Source: Naegleria gruberi
Taxonomy: Eukaryota
NCBI GenBank assembly: GCA_000004985.1
Contig: GG738854.1
Direction: 5' to 3' (one strand)
DNA: 64,000 nucleotides
Shown here: in pieces, positions 59,501 through 64,000 of the stretch
Numbering within the stretch: position 1 is the stretch's first letter
Layout: the number at the start of each line of letters is the position of its first letter
Made by a program: the position numbers and the translations under genes
Notes under the pieces: model-generated
The model's input: the letters and a program-made list of their open reading frames with translations, nothing else
Told to the model about the DNA's origin: nothing
Database searches by the model: none

Positions 59501-60039
59501 TGTTAGCTGGTGGAGGTGGAGTTGGTATTTTGATTATTGTTAAAATTGTTTTTTTGTTTTGGATAAATTTGATCGTTTATTTATCAACCACAAGTTTCTC
59601 TTTCTAAATAGATAAAATTCAAAGATGATAAATAAATGGTCACGTAGCAAGCTTTTCAAAACAACAAACTTACTGAACCAACAATCAATAGATTCGTTGC
59701 CTTCACCGTTCATACAGTCAAAGACTGTAGCGGGATTGTCGCCATATTCCTGGCAGGCTTCCCGTCTAAAATTACAAAATGAAAAACTATTTCCAAGATT
59801 TCAAATTTTTTCTCCATTGATTTTCTTAAGAAGAATATTCTAATTATTGTTTCTTCACTTATCAGTATTCTTCATTGTAATTGAACGCGAAGAAAAATTG
59901 TCAAAAAATAAAATTTATGTTCTCCATTCTCTAGATAGATGTTTTGAATTCAACCTTTTCATTGAGGCTATATTCTACATCATCAGTACCAACTGTTTCA
60001 AAATTATTCCAAGCCAATAACTTATTCTAATCTCTTCAT

Positions 60040-61244
60040 TCAATCAATTGGTCTTAAGGCAGATGATTTTCTTCCATTATTATTATTTGAACCTTTTGGC
60101 ATGAGATATTTCTTAATCTCAATAATGTCATCTTTCAATTCTTTCAAATCTCTAGCTTGTTTGTCCTGTCTTTGAAGTACCATACATATTAAATTACCCA
60201 AATGAGTAATATCATTATTATTATTATGATGAATTGAAGGATTTGACTTGTATGGTTGAAGCTCCATAGCTGTGGAATTGTCAACTAAACTTGTACTATC
60301 AGCTTGATTAATTTCCTCATCATCTTTAACCAATTCAGAAGCAACAATGGATTCGTCAATACCTTCATCATTAATAATTGAACGATGATTAAATCCAGTT
60401 GAGTTATGACCAGAATTATGATGAGGAAGTGGAGAAGTTGAAAAAAGGTCATCATTCATGCTATGTTCATTGAAAAACAATCCAGGTGAATGTTTAGAAA
60501 GGAATGGTGAATCATCTCCAACATTTCCATCCATCATCATTAAATCAGCACCACCACTATTATTTTGATGATAATGATGATAATTATTTAATAAATTTGA
60601 TGATGATGAAGAAGGTGTAGTGACCAATGATGTTGTAGTATGATGGTTGTTATTTATTGAATCGGTTACATCAACAATTTGATTGAAACTTGCTGCTGCC
60701 AAAGAAGAGGCAGGATAACCATTCACAAAATTTGTAGATGAGCCTGTACTAGTACTAGTGGTTGTTGTTGGTTGAAGTGCAAGTGCAGCTGGATTAGAAC
60801 CAGCTCCTGTTGTTGTTGGCATTACTAAATTATGATGATGAAACATGGCTGCTGCATTAAAAGCACCAACTCCTCCAGCTGTTGTTGGAAGTAAAATCAT
60901 GGGACAAAATTGGTGATTAGGAATCAAGGCTAATTGTTGTTGTGTTGTTGATGTTGTTGTTGCTGCTGTTGCTGTTGCTGTTGAACAGGAACATAATCAA
61001 CACATTCAATATGTTTGGTAATACATCTCTGACATGGTCTCTCATGAGAACATTTAACTTTAGCCTTGTGGCAACTTATACAGGCTCTTTTAGTATAGGG
61101 TGTTTTAACGACACGTTTGTTTTTTGTATTGTTGGTATCATTATCGGGAGGTGAAGTTGTTGTTGTTGATTGCTCTGAATCATCTGATTGTTGTTGTTGC
61201 TGCAGTGTATTTGTGCTACCACCACGTGATGTGCTTTTGGGCAT
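60040..61244 (-). CDS. Fungal Zn(II)2Cys6 binuclear-cluster transcription factor. The coding frame is broken at a CAA/CAG microsatellite.
   Basis: The N-terminal ORF at 61244..60930 contains CISCHKAKVKCSHERPCQRCITKHIEC, the canonical spacing C-x2-C-x6-C-x5-C-x2-C-x6-C. A polyQ stretch follows. A 295-aa Q/N/S/T-rich C-terminal ORF at 60927..60040 sits in a different frame. No GT-AG intron bridges them. Confidence 0.6.
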
Positions 61245-61518
61245 TTGTTTTTTTGAGTTGTTGGTTGAATTTGAACGAATTCACTTTTTGAACAGAATAT
61301 TTATTATTAGAATAGGAAATTGGTTTCCTATACTTCCGAAAGATTCCTTCGAGCTCAACTTCCGAAATTTTATTGTTTTTCAAATACTGCTAATTTCATT
61401 GTTCCTTAAAGATTACATTGTATTGAAACACACAATTAAATATTTTAATATTTTAATATATTTACTTTTGACTTGATGTGTTTAATAAATTTTCGTTAGG
61501 ATTTTATCTGTTAATTGA

Positions 61519-62559
61519 TTGGATGGAAATGAAAAATTTAAAAGAAAAAAAATGAGAAGATCCACTGCACAGTTATTTCAATTCATGGCTAGGCAATCAT
61601 CATGCCTCAATAAGAAGCCTTCCAATATTTTAAATAATTACATGATGAATAATAACTTGTTAATTACAAGAGTAGTTGTACAACAACAACATTTTGCTAC
61701 TCATAATAGTAAATTATTTGCATCGGATAATTCCGAAATTAATGATATGGAAATTAAATCTTGGGAAATTATTAGAAATAAAGTGCCATCTCATCTTCCA
61801 AAAGGATCAAGTAAATACTTGAAAGAATTAGATAGACTAATCTATCAATATGTATCCAAGACTAGAAGAGGATCAACAAAGAATACAATTCATGATGTCA
61901 CTCTTATTAATTCACTTGCTAAACTATCGGAAACTTTAAAGAAAGGAGAAGAGAAGAATAATTTAGGAGTTTATTTGGAATTAATTAATATTTCATGTTA
62001 TTTTGGCTATTTACCATTTGCTTTACATTTGGTTAACAGTGTTCATAGTCAATTTAAATTTACATTAGATTACAAAACATATAGAGATATTGTGAATTGT
62101 TTTATTGAAAATGAGAAATTTGATGAATGTTTCAATTTTATTGTTGACTTGGAGGATAAACATGGATTAAGACCAAATTATCAACTTTACTTACCTTTAT
62201 ATTTGTCAATGAAAGAAATTCTTTCTGAAAATGACAAGAAGGCTCAAAACTACATGATTTCAACTGCAATTCTTAATCAAATGATTCCAAGATTATCAGA
62301 AGACCAAAAATTATTAAACGACGTTTTAAGTCGTGATAAGTTCACAACAGGATTGTTGGGAAGAAATGTAGCATCTCATGAAGATGATCCTCGTTCTGGT
62401 CTTGGATATTACCAAGAGTACGATCAATTAGGGGATCACCACCATCATTATCATTGTGGTGATGAATCTTGTGCAGCTCCTCATTCAGAATTAAATTGGT
62501 GGGAACCAAATGAAAGAGATTTACTCACTTTCAAAAATGAGTGGGAACACAAACATTAA
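61519..62559 (+). CDS. Hypothetical protein with helical PPR/TPR-like repeats and a basic N-terminus (possible mitochondrial targeting)
   Basis: Continuous 346-aa ORF. Paired-helix repeat-like segments include NNLGVYLELINISCYFGYLPFALHLVNSV and YRDIVNCFIENEKFDECFNFIVDLEDKHGLRPN. His-rich C-terminus. Confidence 0.35.
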   Translation: MDGNEKFKRKKMRRSTAQLFQFMARQSSCLNKKPSNILNNYMMNNNLLITRVVVQQQHFATHNSKLFASDNSEINDMEIKSWEIIRNKVPSHLPKGSSKYLKELDRLIYQYVSKTRRGSTKNTIHDVTLINSLAKLSETLKKGEEKNNLGVYLELINISCYFGYLPFALHLVNSVHSQFKFTLDYKTYRDIVNCFIENEKFDECFNFIVDLEDKHGLRPNYQLYLPLYLSMKEILSENDKKAQNYMISTAILNQMIPRLSEDQKLLNDVLSRDKFTTGLLGRNVASHEDDPRSGLGYYQEYDQLGDHHHHYHCGDESCAAPHSELNWWEPNERDLLTFKNEWEHKH

Positions 62560-62585
62560 AGCAAATACTTTAACAATAACATAAT

Positions 62586-64000
62586 TTACTTTACATTTAG
62601 AAAATAGTCAATTCGTTTTTGTTTCTTATTTGGTTTTTCGTAGGGGTTGATTCTATACCACTTTTCGTTTACAACAATTTCGTTCCTCTCCATAATATGT
62701 GAAATAAATTTTTGTCCTGCTCCTGATACTTCACTCGGCATTTGTCCTTCATTATTGCAAATACTCAATAAATTTGGATAGCATTCCAATATTTCTTCTA
62801 CAACCTCATAATCCAAATCAAATTTATCACTTGCAAACTGATGAAGAAGTGTTGAACCATGTTCATCTTGATAGGCAAGCTCTTCTTCTTCCATGCAATC
62901 TATTCCAAAATCATCCCCTGTGATATGAGAAAAAAGTTGATAAGTATTCAAAAAGGACAAATAGGGTCTAAAGAAATAACTTCTCAAGTTATTGTTATCC
63001 TTAAAAATTATCCAAGCCTTATCCAATATTATGATACAATAATCTTCAGCATTGTTTTTGTTGAAGGAGAGAGAGTTTCTAAGTACATCAATAGCTCTAT
63101 ATTTTTCCATTTTAGTAATTGGGTCGAAATTAAAATCCAAACATGGTTTAAAATCAAGAGTATATTTTTGAAAAGTACTTCGAAGATAATTAGTGTAAGG
63201 TTGTAAGAATGTTGGAGCTTCAAAAGCAGTATAAAAATAATGCAATTCAGGTATATAACATTCAAATAAGGAATGTCCATGTTTGAAAATAGAGTCCAAC
63301 ATTTTTTTCATATTTGAAAGATCTAAACGGTAAAACGAATGTTCACTGGTCATTTGTGAGAACATTAGTGGATGATATTCAGTCAATTCAAACAAATTCA
63401 CTTCAATAACGGGTTTGCCCTCTTCCTCATAGCTAATTCTCTTACAAAAATCTCTTTTGTGAAGAGTAATTTGGTAGCTCTCTGAATTGTTGAAATACTC
63501 AACAAATCTAAGAGTAATTCTTGCATCAACAAATAAACAGTAGATATCCAATTTTTGTTCGAATAATCCTCTTAAGTCTACTAAATCTTGTATCATTACT
63601 GTTGGTCTATAAATTTTCAATTCTTTTCTATTGTCACAAAAATCAATTCTATTCATCAATGGAATTCGTACTTCTTTCAATCCAAAAGCTGAGAAATGGT
63701 TGAGAGAATATACCTCGCTTATTTCATTCAAAATTGGAGCACATCGAATGTATCTAAGTTTGTTATAATTAGTAAGGCAAAGATCTTTTCTATTAATTTT
63801 AGGATGCATAATGTACAATGAATCAGTTAAGGGATTTTTCATAAATTCTCTTTTTGATAATTCTAAACTAGCTCTAACATATTTTCTTTCTCCAAAATCA
63901 TCATCATAAATATATAGAGTATCCAATTGTAAAATTCGTTTTTTCATCATTAAAGCATATTCTCTATTAATCAATCTCATCTTGACACAAGTCATAAATT
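62586..64000 (-). CDS. Hypothetical protein of at least 469 aa. The N-terminus may extend beyond the window end.
   Basis: Continuous ORF. The frame stays open upstream of the first ATG at 63995 to the window edge. No recognisable domain. One ankyrin-like GSTLLHQFAS segment. Confidence 0.35.
   Translation of the reverse strand, partial: FMTCVKMRLINREYALMMKKRILQLDTLYIYDDDFGERKYVRASLELSKREFMKNPLTDSLYIMHPKINRKDLCLTNYNKLRYIRCAPILNEISEVYSLNHFSAFGLKEVRIPLMNRIDFCDNRKELKIYRPTVMIQDLVDLRGLFEQKLDIYCLFVDARITLRFVEYFNNSESYQITLHKRDFCKRISYEEEGKPVIEVNLFELTEYHPLMFSQMTSEHSFYRLDLSNMKKMLDSIFKHGHSLFECYIPELHYFYTAFEAPTFLQPYTNYLRSTFQKYTLDFKPCLDFNFDPITKMEKYRAIDVLRNSLSFNKNNAEDYCIIILDKAWIIFKDNNNLRSYFFRPYLSFLNTYQLFSHITGDDFGIDCMEEEELAYQDEHGSTLLHQFASDKFDLDYEVVEEILECYPNLLSICNNEGQMPSEVSGAGQKFISHIMERNEIVVNEKWYRINPYEKPNKKQKRIDYFLNVK

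Noticed and set aside
1-64000. Search for CRISPR arrays, prokaryotic operons, toxin-antitoxin or defence islands
   Set aside because: The sequence is eukaryotic, with spliceosomal introns, Pol III tRNA and 5S genes with T-run terminators, polyQ/polyN coding repeats and monocistronic genes on alternating strands. No direct-repeat/spacer arrays are present.

Overview
This window is eukaryotic nuclear DNA, not prokaryotic. It is AT-rich and gene-dense, with roughly 35 protein-coding genes on both strands in 64 kb. Many genes carry very short spliceosomal introns of about 37-58 nt, with GTAAGT or GTATGT donors, CTAAC or TTAAC branch points and YAG acceptors. One 217-nt intron is the outlier. Three Pol III genes are present, each followed by a T-run terminator: an initiator tRNA-Met, a tRNA-Ala(AGC) and a solitary 5S rRNA. 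Coding microsatellites occur in several genes (polyQ, polyN and a TN repeat).

The likely source is an early-diverging fungus, possibly Glomeromycotina or Rhizophagus-like. The evidence is a fungal-type Zn2Cys6 gene, CTAAC branch points, an Rh50-type ammonium transporter, a tandem BTB/KCTD protein, a Sel1/TPR + LRR + F-box giant, and transmembrane kinases. This attribution is inference only.

There is no CRISPR array, no operon structure and no prokaryotic defence island.

The most notable observations are:
- two receptor-like kinases (signal peptide, extracellular NHL-repeat or beta-helix domain, TM, kinase), an architecture that is rare in fungi
- a secreted Lys/Cys-rich tandem-repeat protein that looks effector-like
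- a P4H-like 2OG oxygenase carrying an F-box
- an atypical Rho-like GTPase with an F-box-like N-terminal extension
- a 7TM receptor with an RGS-like tail
- a Zn2Cys6 gene split across frames at a CAA/CAG microsatellite
- a tandem-BTB multi-exon gene with a possible nucleotidyltransferase-like C-terminus

The supplied ORF track uses bacterial start rules, so TTG and GTG appear as M, and it ignores introns. Several listed ORFs are therefore exons of a single gene, and many antisense ORFs are shadows.
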